From Macrostomum lignano (Eukaryota), in contig NIVC01001112.1 of NCBI GenBank assembly GCA_002269645.1, positions 62,001 to 126,000 of the forward strand: a stretch of 64,000 nucleotides of DNA, given 5' to 3'. The translations under genes and the position numbers were made by a program. Within the stretch, counting starts at the first letter, position 1. Each line of letters starts with the position of its first letter. Shown one piece after another: positions 1-36,400 of this stretch. Below the pieces are notes generated by a model that was not told the origin of the DNA, ran no database searches, and was given only the letters and a program-made list of their open reading frames with translations.

Positions 1-23147
<23,147 letters not shown>

Positions 23148-23149
23148 GC

Positions 23150-24350
23150 CTGATAGGAGACTAAAACGCTCCCAGAGGCATTTGGAAATACGGATGATTA
23201 AATAGAACCCTCTGCGCTTCAAACACTGCTAGAGTATCGGAAATTATTACTTAATCACAAATGTAAAATTTAGTTTAATGAAAACTACGATATAGGAAAG
23301 GAGGTCAAAATGGTGCCAATGCTATAGTCGAGAAGTTAAAACCATATTTTGCTCTTACCTATTTTAAATAAATTTGAAATACATTTAACTTTGAAATAAA
23401 TTCTAGAAAAGAAATATAAAATAATAAATCCATGATACAGCTAGTAAACTTTGTTTGAATATTATACTGCGAAAAAACGATAACTTACAAAAATGTAATT
23501 TTTCGAAATGCGAAAGACGATATATTTTTTATTGTCCTAAATGTTGAACCCGAGAATAGGTGGCGTAAAATTCTACTCTCGAAAGTAACTCTTAAAGTTT
23601 CAATTCATTAAAGCAGTGAATCAAAAGTCAAAAGTCAAAGCTCCAGCTTTTCACAAAAATCTTCTGTGCCTACATTCAATAATTTTAACTTTTATAACTT
23701 CTTTCGCTTTCACATAGATTCGCTATTGTGTCACATCTTTCCATTTTATTTAAACTGCTCTGTTATTATTTGAACAATGAAGTCCTAATGTATAGTAAAA
23801 ATGAGCTGTTTTCTTAATGTACTAAAACTCATCTTTACCAGAGTAAATGAGTTATACTTGTTGCTACATTTTTGGTCTTCTAAAAAGCTATATTGTTGCC
23901 ATAAATTCGAACAGCGAAAATGAGTGTTTTTATAGTTATCCCTAAATTTATGAAGGAATTGATATCATTGTAAAAATAATTTAAATACATCTCATGTTAA
24001 AATTTTAAGCAATATAAATCTAGCATCTTTTTGCGACATGCTTTTTAACTTTTAAAATTCTATACTAAGGAAGCTAAATTATTAGTTTGTAAATTACATA
24101 CTTATTGGCTTTTTATTTAGAATATAACTTTGATTAAAAAATTGATTTTTTTCATGTTTTATGAATTTCAGTTTTTCAGCATAAAAATATTAAAACATTA
24201 TTTTAGTACATTGTTTGCCAACTTAAATCTAAATTTAAGTATTTTTTCCTCATTTGAAATTTTTGTACACTGCAGAAAAATAGAAATTTTATACAGAATT
24301 ATTAAATAATATCTTCTAAATTTGCTGCCACATTTTTGTTTTAATTGCAG
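23150..24350. promoter_or_regulatory. Putative bidirectional promoter/5' region between the divergent genes
   Basis: Very AT-rich, repeat-free interval between two head-to-head first coding exons. Position only; no TSS evidence. Confidence 0.35.
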
Positions 24351-24457
24351 AGCAACGGCGGTCCACAATTTAGTGGACCAGCTACACAGGCTAGTCGCTG
24401 ATCATTGAAGTCAAATCAGGCTATTTGACTTATTTCAAAGTTTAAGTCGCGTACAAA

Positions 24458-27400
24458 ATGAAGGTGACAGTCAGTTTTGGCCCAACTAAACTAGTTGTAC
24501 CTTGCGGAACTGGCGAGCTCACAGTGCGCGATCTCGCCCAGAAAGCTGCCAGCAGGTTCAGTTCAGCCGCCGCCGCCGCAGCTGTGGCCGCAACCAAAGC
24601 ATCCGAGGTGACAGTCACGTGCCTAACTTTGGCTAGGGATGGCGGCATTCTGGATTGGAACGATCGAGTGGCGGACGTTGTGGATGACAGGGAGCTGGTT
24701 AGCGACTGTTTGTGGCTGTGCTTGATCCGATGGGATATACTTAATTTAAAAGACTCTAAAGGGATAAGATGTTGAAGCCTTGACTTAAATTCAGGGGAGG
24801 AGAGTTTGATTAAGCTCCTATGGGTGAGATTCTGAGATTTAAGCTTCTATGGGTGAGATTCTGAGATATAAGCTTCTATGGGTGAGATTCTGAGATATAA
24901 GCTCCTATGGGTGAGATTCTGATACATAAGCTCCTATGGATGAGATTCTGAGATATAAGCTCCTATGGATGAGATTCTGAGATATAAGCTCCTATGGGTG
25001 AGATTCTGAGATATAAGCTCCTATGAGTGAGATTCTGAGATATAAGCTCCTATGGGTGAGATTCTGAGATATAAGCTCCTGTGGGTGAGATTCTGAGATT
25101 CAGGCGCTGATGGGTGAGATTATGATATATAAGCTTCTATGGGTAAGATTCTGAGATTTAAGCTCCTATGAGTGAGATTCTGAGATTTAAGCTCCTATGA
25201 GTGAGATTTTTTTATTTAGGCTTTAAGGGTTAAACACTTAGGAATTTACGCTCCAAGGGAAAACTTTTATTATTTATGCCTCGATAAGGGTTTCATTTTG
25301 GTGATTTTTATCTTGTTGAGGAGGATTAAGCCTTGAGGTTAATTAAGATTGCTGAATCCGAAAATCTACGCAGTGGTTTACGGTCCTCTTCGCCTAAATA
25401 TTTTAGATAATAGCTGAAACCTGCAGCGTCTCGTCGGCGACCGCTTTTGATCTGCCGCCCAAACCGCCGCCTCCGCCACCCCCGCCGCCTCCACCGCCGC
25501 CTCCACCGCCGCCTCCGCATCTGCCACCGCCACCGCCGCCGCCACCCCCTCCTCGAACGTCGTCAGTAGCTGGCTCCGTTAATGCAGTCAACTCAACTAA
25601 GACGTCAGTTACAACGAATTCCGAAGAAAATAATAAAGATAACAATAATATTAATAATAATAACAGTAGTAGTAAACCCGACAGTCGACGCGAATCATTG
25701 ATGCTGCCGCCGCCTCCTCCGGCGGAATATCTTCGACAATTGTCGGAGACAGCCGCCGCCACCGCCTCTGCCGCCACCGACGATGACCTGGACCGTGGCG
25801 AAGATGACGAGCTGGACTACCCGGCGGCGACTGAGAATGATGACACCGCTGAGACGGACAGCTACCTGTCTGTGAAACTGCCGCCAATCGATCCGACCGT
25901 TTCCTATACATTGAAGTCGGCCAACACAAGTCGATGCGTTGGGCCGTTAACGACTAAACCGTTTTTGGACGGCAGGCAGCAGTCAGCTGGGTTGGAAATT
26001 CTGTCCGTGTCCAAACCGGCCTGGGCGGCTCTAGTTCGGCCGGGTGACCGAGTTGTGGCCATTGATGGCAGCTCGTTGCTGGGAGTGTCATTTCAACAGT
26101 GAGTTGCTCATCTGCTTGTAGATGTGGATTAGCCATTGGGAAGTTTAATCCAGGGATTTCGGCTCTTAACAAAGGAGGCTGTAGCCCAGTGGCGCGGCGC
26201 TCTGATGTGCCAGCGGCCCAGACTTGAGTCCAATTGCAGTCACATTAATTTTGAGGCTAAATTGCTATCTCGGCTTGGCTCTGCTCGTGCAAATACCGGC
26301 CTTGAGGGCCAACCCCCCAAGGCACAGTGAAGTGTACATGCCTAACGATAAATAAAGTTAGGGCCGCTGTACACTCCTATGTGAGTGTTGATGGGCAGTA
26401 ATGCCTCCCCAGCACACCGGTCATTTTTAACACACTTTGAGGAGCCAATCATTTCACACTTTCAAATTTGATTTGATTGGACGAGAGATGGGGAGGGTGA
26501 ACTGGTTGGTCACTTGGGCAGAGAGTATGATGTGCATTGGACGAGAGATGGGGAGGGTGAACTGGTTGGTCACTTGGGCAGAGAGTATGATGTGCATTGG
26601 ACGAGAGATGGGGAGGGTGAACTGGTTGGTCACTTGGGCAGAGAGTATGATGTACATTGGACGAGAGATGGGGTGGTTGAACTGGTTGGTCACTTGGGCA
26701 GAGAGTATGATGTGCATTGGACGAGAGATGGGGAGGGTAAACTGGTTGGTCACTTGGGCAGAGAGTATGATGTGCATTGGACGAGAGATGGGGTGGTTGA
26801 ACTGGTTGGTCACTTGGGCAGAGAGTATGATGTGCATTGATTGCGCGTAGCGAGGGACAGTTGAATTAACAATCAGATAAGATAATCAGTGAGTCTAAAA
26901 CGTTGTCAAAATTTTAATTAGTTTAATAAAATCATAGCGTTATGCCTGCTCTTATCAATTGGAAAAATCTGCTGGTGTAGCCGCTGAATTGTGTGTAATA
27001 ATGGCCGTTTTAACTTGTCATTGTGCCTGGGTAAAAGTTTTTTTACAATGTCACTTAAATAGTGCGCCAGGGTGCACGCAGCCTCCAATAATAAGAAATA
27101 ATAATTGTCCTACCAATAATGTCTAGACGTAGGCTTGCAATCATAGCTAGACACACATCTTGTCGATAATAGTGTATCTAGATACTTGATTGAGAATAGT
27201 GTCTCTAGATACTTGATTGAGAATAGTGTCTCTAGATACATGATTGAGAATAGTGTCTCTATAGATACTTGATTGAGAATAGTGTCTCTAGATACTTGAT
27301 TGAGAATAGTGCCTCTAGATACTTGATTGAGAATAGTGTCTCTATAGATACTTGATTGAGAATAGTGTCTCTAGATACATGATTGAGAATAGTGTCTCTA

Positions 27401-30400
27401 GATACTTGATTGAGAATAGTGCCTCTAGATACTTGATTGAGAATAGTGTCTCTATAGATACTTGATTGAGAATAGTGTCTCTAGATACTTGATTGAGAAT
27501 AGTGCCTCTAGATACTTGATTGAGAATAGTGTCTCTAGATACTTGATTGAGAATAGTGTCTCTAGATACTTGATTGAGAATAGTGTCTCTACTAGATATC
27601 ACCTTTAAACAGTCGTCTGTAGGTATACTCAGCAACATTGAAGAGTCGCCACCCTTTGCCCCAGTGAGCAGTGTCTTTAGACCAACGTCTATCACCTGGC
27701 CAACCATTTTGATATTAAAAAATGCTTGAAAAAAACAATGACAACCGGGCGGCAGCTTCAATCCATCCAATCTTCGCCCTCCGCTCTTCCCAATCCCTCC
27801 TCACCCAGCCCAACACTGCGTCGCGTGGCGCAAGTTGCGTCACTCAAAAGTCAATATTGAGCTACAATTTACTGCGCTCTCTCAAAGGTGACGACTTTTT
27901 AATGTTTTTGAGTATACGTCTTGAGTATATCTTGCTAAATGCGCCACAGAGTCGCCGCAGTCTCCCTCAAATAGCTGCACTTCCAACCTCAGAGCCCAAC
28001 GGGTGCTTCGAGAAGCCCTGCATCGGCAGCAGCAAAAGCAGACTGCGATGCAGCAGCAAATGAAATCAAAGATGCTGGCAACAGACGCGGAACAGCCGCG
28101 TTTCCCAATGATAACGTTGCGTCTATTGCCGCGAAATCCTGCTTCTAGTAGCAACAGCAGAAGCGGCCAACAAGCCAACGCTGCTCAGTCGCCAACTGTA
28201 TCAGCGACTTCCCCTACCGTCTCGGCCGATGGCTTCGATCAAGATTCTTCTTCCGCTGCTGTCGTCGCCGCCCCTGCCGCCGCTGAAGCTGCAGACGCCT
28301 CGAGTTGCTCTGCAGCTCGCCCGCTCTCGCCCCAGCAGCAGGTTCCTCAACCGCAGCAGCGGCCACATCAGCGAGTATTCGCAATCGGACGACGACGCCA
28401 ACGCCGCAAAGTGTTAGCCGTCGACATTTGCAAATCAGCAGAAGGACTGGGCTTCTCCGTCACCGAAAGCGCAGCCTCCGCCGTTGCTGGTTCACCTTCG
28501 TCATCATCTTCTGAATTTTCGTCAGCTGAAGAATCGCGTCCAACCTCGTCGATGTCGGTTAACGACAATAATAATAACAACAGTGGCGGCGGTGGTGATA
28601 GAGACGTAGGAGCTAATAGTACTGCCGCCAATAATGACGACAATGATACTGGTAGCCATGGCAACGACGCCAGCAATCGCAAGCCGCGTCGTCGCCATCA
28701 GAATCGAATCTACGTCAAAGCCGTGCTCGGTCGCGGTTCAGCCGTTCGCGACGGCCGACTGAAGGCCGGAGATCGAATCCTGGAAGTTGACGGCTACAGG
28801 CTGACTGGACAGAGCCAGGCTGATGCTGTCAGTCTGTTGAGGGCGATCCCAGTCGGTGCTACCGTTAAAATACTCGTGTCCCGCCGTCTGACCGAGGGCC
28901 AAGACGACGTACCGGACGTTGACGATGTTTGCGACAGCGCCGTTGTCGAAGTTGCCGCTGGCGGCGGTCTACTAGCGACCACTTCGTCTGGCGCGGTGGC
29001 CGCAAGCGCCGCATTTAATAATCTTGGCCAGGGAGCTTTGCGTCTCGGATTCTTTGACGTGAGTTTTCAACATTAAAAGCTGCTTCACTCTGTGCAAATA
29101 TTTCACTTTCAATTGTGTAACTCTGAAATGTTTCATCCTGAGAACGTACAACTTTAGCGCTCAAATTAATTTCGGATAGCTAAGTACACACGTACGCTCG
29201 TATGAATAGTAAACCTATTAAGATAAAAATCTCGCCTCACAGCAGCAGAAAACTAATAAATAGCAGCACTTAGATGGCTACACACTGCATTTGCCAATAG
29301 CTACAGGCGTTGAAGCGTTAAGCACTCACCGCGCACATCCATAGCGATACTCTTTCCGTTCGAGTGTCTGGCTGAGCATCGATCTTATTGATCAAGAATT
29401 TTCTAGGCTGCTTGCCTGTCGGCTGGTTGGTGTCTCTCGCCTTCCCAGGGGCTGCAGAGCTGCCAATGCTGGGCTAACAGATGCTTACTGACTGCAGATT
29501 GAGTAGCCATGCACTTTATCTGCTCTCGATACTTTCCCATGTACTGCTTTTCCTCAGTCTGACTCGTTCTACGGCCTAAGCCCCGCTTCTTTCGGTTGGC
29601 GTTTGTCTCTGGATTCCCTCTGGTTTATTTTGCAGCAACTCTCTCTACTGGTCACCTCGCCACGCCTCTCCTCTCCTTACCTGTCCTCTCCTCTCCTCTC
29701 CTCTCCTCTCCTCTCTCCTCTCCTCTCCTCTCTCCTCTCCTCTCCTCTCCTCTCCTATCCTATCCTCTCCTCTCCTCTCCTCTTCTCTCCTATCCTCTCC
29801 TCTCCTCTCTCCTCTCCTCTCCTCTCTCCTCTCCTCTCCTCTCTCCTCTCCTCTCCTCTCCTCTCCTCTCCTCTCCTCTCCTCTCCTCTCCTCTCCTCTC
29901 CTCTCCTCTCCTCTCCTATCCTCTCCTCTCCTCTCCTCTCCTCTCCTCTCTCCTCTCCTCTCCTCTCTCCTCTCCTCTCCTCTCCTCTCCTCTCCTCTCC
30001 TCTCCTCTCCTATCCTCTCCTCTCCTCTCTCCTCTCCTCTCCTCTCTCCTCTCCTCTCCTCTCTCCTCTCCTCTCCTCTCCTCTCCTATCCTATCCTCTC
30101 CTCTCTCCTCTCCTCTCCTCTCCTCTCCTCTCCTATCCTATCCTCTCCTCTCCTCTCCTCTCCTATCCTATCCTCTCCTCTCTCCTCTCCTCTCCTCTCT
30201 CCTCTCCTCTCCTCTCTCCTCTCCTCTCCTCTCCTCTCCTCTCCTCTCCTATCCTCTCCTCTCCTCTCCTCTCCTATCCTATCCTCTCCTCTCCTCTCCT
30301 CTCTTCTCCTCTCCTCTTCTCTCCTCTTCTCTCCTCTCCTCTCCTCTCCTCTTCTCTCCTCTTCTCTCCTCTCCTCTCCTCTCCTCTTCTCTCCTCTCCT

Positions 30401-33400
30401 CTCCTCTTCTCTCCTCTTCTCTCCTCTCCTCTTCTCTCCTCTTCTCTCCTCTCCTCTCCTCTCCTCTTCTCTCCTCTCCTCTCCTCTTCTCTCCTCTTCT
30501 CTCCTCTCCTCTTCTCTCCTCTTCTCTCCTCTCCTCTCATCTTCTATCCTCTTCTCTCCTTTATCTCCTCTCCTCTCCTCTCCTCTCCCCTCCTCTCCTC
30601 TCCTCTCCTCTCCTTTCCTCTCCCCTTAAAATTGCAAGCTTAGAAAACAATTTGATATCATTGTCTTTGTCAAGAACTATTTTCATTTGTTGCCTCATTA
30701 AGTTCCAGTTGGCATTGATTGTAAAACAAAAGAGTGATCATTATACGCAAGTGCCTCTGACACAGTGAGTGTGTCGGCACTAGAGTACTACACAAAGGAC
30801 AGTAAAGTGCAGACTCAGTTTGACTACACGCAGATAGCTGGCGGTCTAATGGGAATCGCAGTCTCGTGCCAGAAATAATCAAGCAGCAGTCACCCCCTAT
30901 CATAGCCCTAAAACTGCTCTAATTTTCTCTGCTTATAAGCCACTGCCTACTCCGCTTCCTTCCTGTTCCTCTCCCCTATTAGCGTCTCTTGTTCTGGCTA
31001 GCTAGTTAGTAGCCGAGGTTCACTAGGATGATCTATAGTGTATAGCTATAGGCTCTCGAACCGAACGACAGAGAGAAACTGCAGTCCCAATACTGCAGCC
31101 CATTGATACTCATTGATAGTGGAGAAACCAAAACCTATAAGCGCTGGATGCCCGTTAATCGACTCCAGCTATTTGGTCTAAGCCGATGTACTTCCCACAC
31201 TGCTTCCTGATCCCGACATTCGAAATTCGTTTAATGTTTTAGGCGGTCATTGGCATAGTCTTAAGGCTATAGTTGTTTGTTTAAGTATCATTTACATAAT
31301 TTTAACATTATTTACATGAGCTTAGAATAATTTACATGATTCTAGCGTCATTTACATGATTCTAGCGTCATTTACATGATTTTAGCGTCATTTACATAAT
31401 TCTAGCGTTATTTACATGATTCTAGCGTCATTTACATGATTCTAGCGTTATTTACATGATTCTAGCGTTATTTACATGATTCTAGCGTCATTTACATGAT
31501 TCTAGCATCGTTTACATGATTCTAGCATCGTTTACATGATTCTAGCACCATTTACATGATTCTAGCGTTATTTACATGATTCTAGCGTCATTTACATGAT
31601 TCTAGCGTTATTTACATGATTTTAGCGTCATTTACATGATTCTAGCGTAATTATTTTAGCACCATTTACTGCACGAATTTGTGATATCTATAGCTCTCAC
31701 ATCACAGAAAGTGTGTTTTACTTAATAATATAATTACGTCATATTTATTTATATACGTCATCAGCCATGGACAATCATTAATGCGAAGGCTGAGCGAGGA
31801 GTTAGTTTAGGCTGAATAACACTACGCCCATAGGGACAGAGCAGCTCTCCAGGGAACTGCGGCAGATGTTTTGAGGCAGAAGCGCCATCCCCCGCAACCC
31901 CCCTCCCCCCCCCCCCCCCCTATACTTCTGAGCCTAGTCTCTGGGCAGTTTAAGCTGGGACTCTGGCTGGAGTCTGCGCTTGTAAATGTATCTATCTATA
32001 TATATACATATTAAATATGGAATAATATGCATGGGCCAGCTCTATGCCGTAAAACGCCCACACGAGTTGTGGGGGGGAGGATTTTTTTCTTTCAATATCT
32101 TCCGGGAAATATCTTCTAGAAAGATACGTACACATATGAGACGGCGGAGTTCTTAAAACAACTTCCTGTCTATCGGTTGATTCGGGATTGAAGTCCCTGG
32201 ATTCGGGATTGAAGTCCCTGGATTCGGGATTGAAGTCCCTGGATTCGGGATTGAAGTCCCTGGATTCGGGATTGAAGTCCCTGGATTCGGGATTGAAGTC
32301 CATTTGGGATTGAAGTCCATGGATTCGGGATTGAAGTCCCTGGATTCGGGATTGAAGTCCTTGGATTCGGGATTGAAGTCCCTGGATTCGGGATTGAAGT
32401 CCCTGGATTCGGGATTGAAGTCCCTGGATTCGGGATTGAAGTCCCTGGATTCGGGATTGAAGTCCCTGGATTCGGGATTGAAGTCCCTGGATTCGGGATT
32501 GAAGTCCATTTGGGATTGAAGTCCCTGGATTCGGGATTGAAGTCCAAGGATTTGAGATTGAAGTCCCTGGATTAGGAATCATCAAAATCCTTGGATTCGG
32601 GATCATCGAAATCCCTGGATTCGGGATCATCAAAATCCTGGATTCGGAATCATCAAAATCCCTGGATTCGGGATCATCAAAATCCTGGATTCGGAATCAT
32701 CAAAATCCCTGGATTCGGGATCACCGAAATCCCTGGATTCGGAATCATCAAAATCCCTGGATTCGGGATCATCGAAATCCCTGGATTCGGGATCATCAAA
32801 ATCCATGGATTCGGGATCATCAAAATCCCTGGATTCGGGATCATCGAAATCCCTGGATTCGGGATCATCGAAATCCATAGATTCGGGATCATCGAAATCC
32901 CTGGATTCGGGATCATCAAAATCCATGGATTCGGAATCATCGAAATCCCTGGATTCGGGATCATCGAAATCCATAGATTCGGGATCATCGAAATCCATAG
33001 ATTCGGGATCATCAAAATCCATGGATTCGGAATCATCAAAATCCCTGGATTCGGAATCATCAAAATCCCTGGATTCGGGATCATCAAAATCCTGGATTCG
33101 GAATCATCAAAATCCCTGGATTCGGGATCACCGAAATCCCTGGATTCGGAATCATCAAAATCCCTGGATTCGGGATCATCAAAATCCATGGATTCGGGAT
33201 CATCGAAATCCCTGGATTCGGGATCATCAAAATCCATGGATTCGGGATCATCAAAATCCCTAGATTCGGGATCATCAAAATCTCTGGATTCGGGATCCTT
33301 TAAGCCCCTGAATTTGGGATCGAAATTTCTGCGTTCCTGTCGATCCTGGGTTCCTGTTCAATGCACAGTCATGGGGCGGACAGTGGGTTGAACAGATTCA

Positions 33401-36400
33401 ACTCACCTGACTCTTTGCAGCCAAATTCGGCCAACTCTGCCAATCCTGGCGATCCGCGATCTTCATCAACGGCAGCTGCTGCCACCGGAGCATCGAAATT
33501 TCTTTCTGTGGACCGCTGCCTTCTGGAGCTGGACATTCCGCTGGCTGTTGAAGCCGGGGGCGGCGGAGGCGGAGGTGGAGGCGGCGGCGGAGGTCTCGGC
33601 GTCAGCATCCGCACGGGCGATGAAGTCGGCCAAGACGGCGGCAGCGGCGGCGGCGGCGCGGACAAAATGGCCGGTTGCAATGGGGCGGGCGTTTTTGTGC
33701 GGACTGTCATTTCTGGCGGAGCGGCCCATCGGGTATGAGAAATTATTTTCCCTGTGTCTTCTCCTGTTCCCCTGTGTCTTCCCCTGTTCCCCGTGTCTTC
33801 CCCTGTTCCCCTGTGTCTTCCCCTGTTCCCCTGTGTCTTCCCCTGTTCCCCTGTGTCTTCCCCTGTTCCCCTGTGTCTTCCCCTGTTCCCCTGTGTCTTC
33901 CCCTGTTCCCCTGTGTCTTCCCCTGTTCCCCTGCGTCTTCCCATGTTCCCCTGCGTCTTCCCCTGTTCCCCTGTGTCTTCCCCTGTTCCCCTGCGTCTTC
34001 CCCTGTTCCCCTGCGTCTTCCCCTGTTCCCCTGTGTCTTCCCCTGTTCCCCTGCGTCTTCCCCTGTTCCCCTGTGTCTTCCCCTGTTCCCCTGTGTCTTC
34101 CCCTGTTCCCCTGCGTCTTCCCCTGTTCCCCTGCGTCTTCCCCTGTTCCCCTGTGTCTTCCCCTGTTCCCCTGTGTCTTCCCCTGTTCCCCTGTGTCTTC
34201 CCCTGTTCCCCTGTGTCTTCCCCTGTTCCCCTGTGTCTTCCCCTGTTCCCCTGTGTCTTCCCCTGTTCCCCTGCGTCTTCCCCTGTTCCCCTGCGTCTTC
34301 CCCTGTTCCCCTGTGTCTTCCCCTGTTCCCCTGTGTCTTCCCCTGTTCCCCTGTGTCTTCCCCTGTTCCCCTGTGTCTTCCCCTGTTCCCCTGTGTCTTC
34401 CCCTGTTCCCCTGTGTCTTCCCCCGTTCCCCTGCGTCTTCCCCTGTTCCCCTGCGTCTTCCCCTGTTCCCCTGCGTCTTCCCCTGTTCCCCTGCGTCTTC
34501 CCCTGTTCCCCTGTGTCTTCCCCTGTTCCCCTGTGTCTTCCCCTGTTCCCCTGTGTCTTCCCCTGTTCCCCTGTGTCTTCCCCTGTTCCCCTGCGTCTTC
34601 CCCTGTTCCCCTGCGTCTTCCCCTGTTCCCCTGTGTCTTCCCCTGTTCCCCTGCGTCTTCCCCTGTTCCCCTGCGTCTTCCCCTGTTCCCCTGCGTCTTC
34701 CCCTGTTCCCCTGCGTCTTCCCCTGTTCCCCTGCGTCTTCCCCTGTTCCCCTGTGTCTTCCCCTGTTCGCCTGCGTCTTCCCCTGTTCCCCTGTGTCTTC
34801 CCCTGTTCCCCTGTGTCTTCCCCTGTTCCCCTGTGTCTTCCCCTGTTCCCCTGTGTCTTCCCCTGTTCCCCTGTGTCTTCCCCTGTTCCCCTGTGTCTTC
34901 CCCTGTTCCCCTGTGTCTTCCCCTGTTCCCCTGTGTCTTCCCCTGTTCCCCTGTGTCTTCCCCTGTTCCCCTGTGTCCTTTCCTGTTACCCTGCGTCTCT
35001 AACCTGCTACCTTGTGTCTTACCCCTGCTAGTCGGTATCCTCTCCTATGTTGCCATTTAGCCTTATAAACAACCGTATGCTGGTCACTTCATCTGTTAAT
35101 CTGGTAACTTGCCCGGTTCCCCTAATCCCCAAAACCACAGGACGGCCGACTCCGCGAGTCGGACCAGCTGCTGTCAGTGAATGGCTGCTCCTTGGAAGGC
35201 ATCGCCGGAGCCGAGGCCATGACAACGCTTAGGCGAGCTATTCGACACGGGTCCACAGGTGGTCGAGTTCGTCTAGTGGTTGCTAGGCAACTGCCTCATC
35301 CACGGAATCAGGCTATGCATCAGCATCAACATCAGCCAGCAGCCGACAGCATCAGCAGCAGCGGCAGTGTGACAGTTAGCGCAGATGTACATCAGCTGCC
35401 TGCTTCGTTGAATCCACCAGCTGAAGCTGCGGCAATTTCGACCGTGTCAGAGGACGGATTTGGCCGCTTGAACATCGCCGCTAGTGGGCCCGGCGGTTCA
35501 CCGGACGAGAACGTCCAGCAGGGTCACGGGATGATGATATCGGTATGTGGCCACCTGCTGGAGTGTTGTGATCCACGATTTGTTGTGAGGCGGGTCATGA
35601 CTCACGGTTTGTTGTGAGGCGGGTCATGACCCACGGTTTGTTGTGAGGCGGATCATGACTCACGGTTTGTTGTGAGGTGGGTCATGAGTCACGGTTAGTT
35701 ATGAGGCAGGTCATGACTCACGGTTTGTTGTGAGGCGGGTCATGACCCACGGTTTGTTGTGAGGCGGGTCATGACTCACGGTTTGTTGTGAGGCGGGTCA
35801 TGACCCACGGTTTGTTGTGAGGTGGGTCATGACTCACGGTTAGTTATGAGGTGGGTCATGACTCACGGTTAGTTATGAGGTGGGTCATGACTCACGGTTA
35901 GTTATGAGGCGGGTCATGATTCACGGTTAGTTATGAGGTGGGTCATGACTCACGGTTAGTTATGAGGTGGGTCATGACTCACGGTTTGTTGTGAGGTGGG
36001 TCATGACTCACGGTTAGTTATGAGGTGGGTCATGATTCACGGTTAGTTATGAGGCGGGTCATGACTCACGGTTATTTGTGAGGTGGTTCATGACTCACGG
36101 TTTGTTGTGAGGCAGGTCATGACTCACGGTTAGTAGTGAAGTAGGTCATGAGTCACAGCTATAGATCATGTGAGGTGGATCATGACTCACCTTATCATGA
36201 TTATCATGAGCCACATATACTTGTGTGTGTGCTTTTGAAGACTTTTAAAACATATGTAAAGCCATGGGAAGGGGTTTTTAACTCATATAGCTGATGCTAG
36301 ACTAAAAATAACCAAATATCTTTTCAGGTTAGTTAGGGCACGATACGGACACGGAACTGTTAATTTATTGAGGTCGCGACCTTGCCTGATCAATCAATTA

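Noticed and set aside
29596-35060. ORFs 29596..30768, 32591..33391, 33548..35002, 33675..35060 and 33754..35031
   Set aside because: Satellite translations inside par-3 introns; only the 56-nt and 364-nt exons are supported by splice phase.
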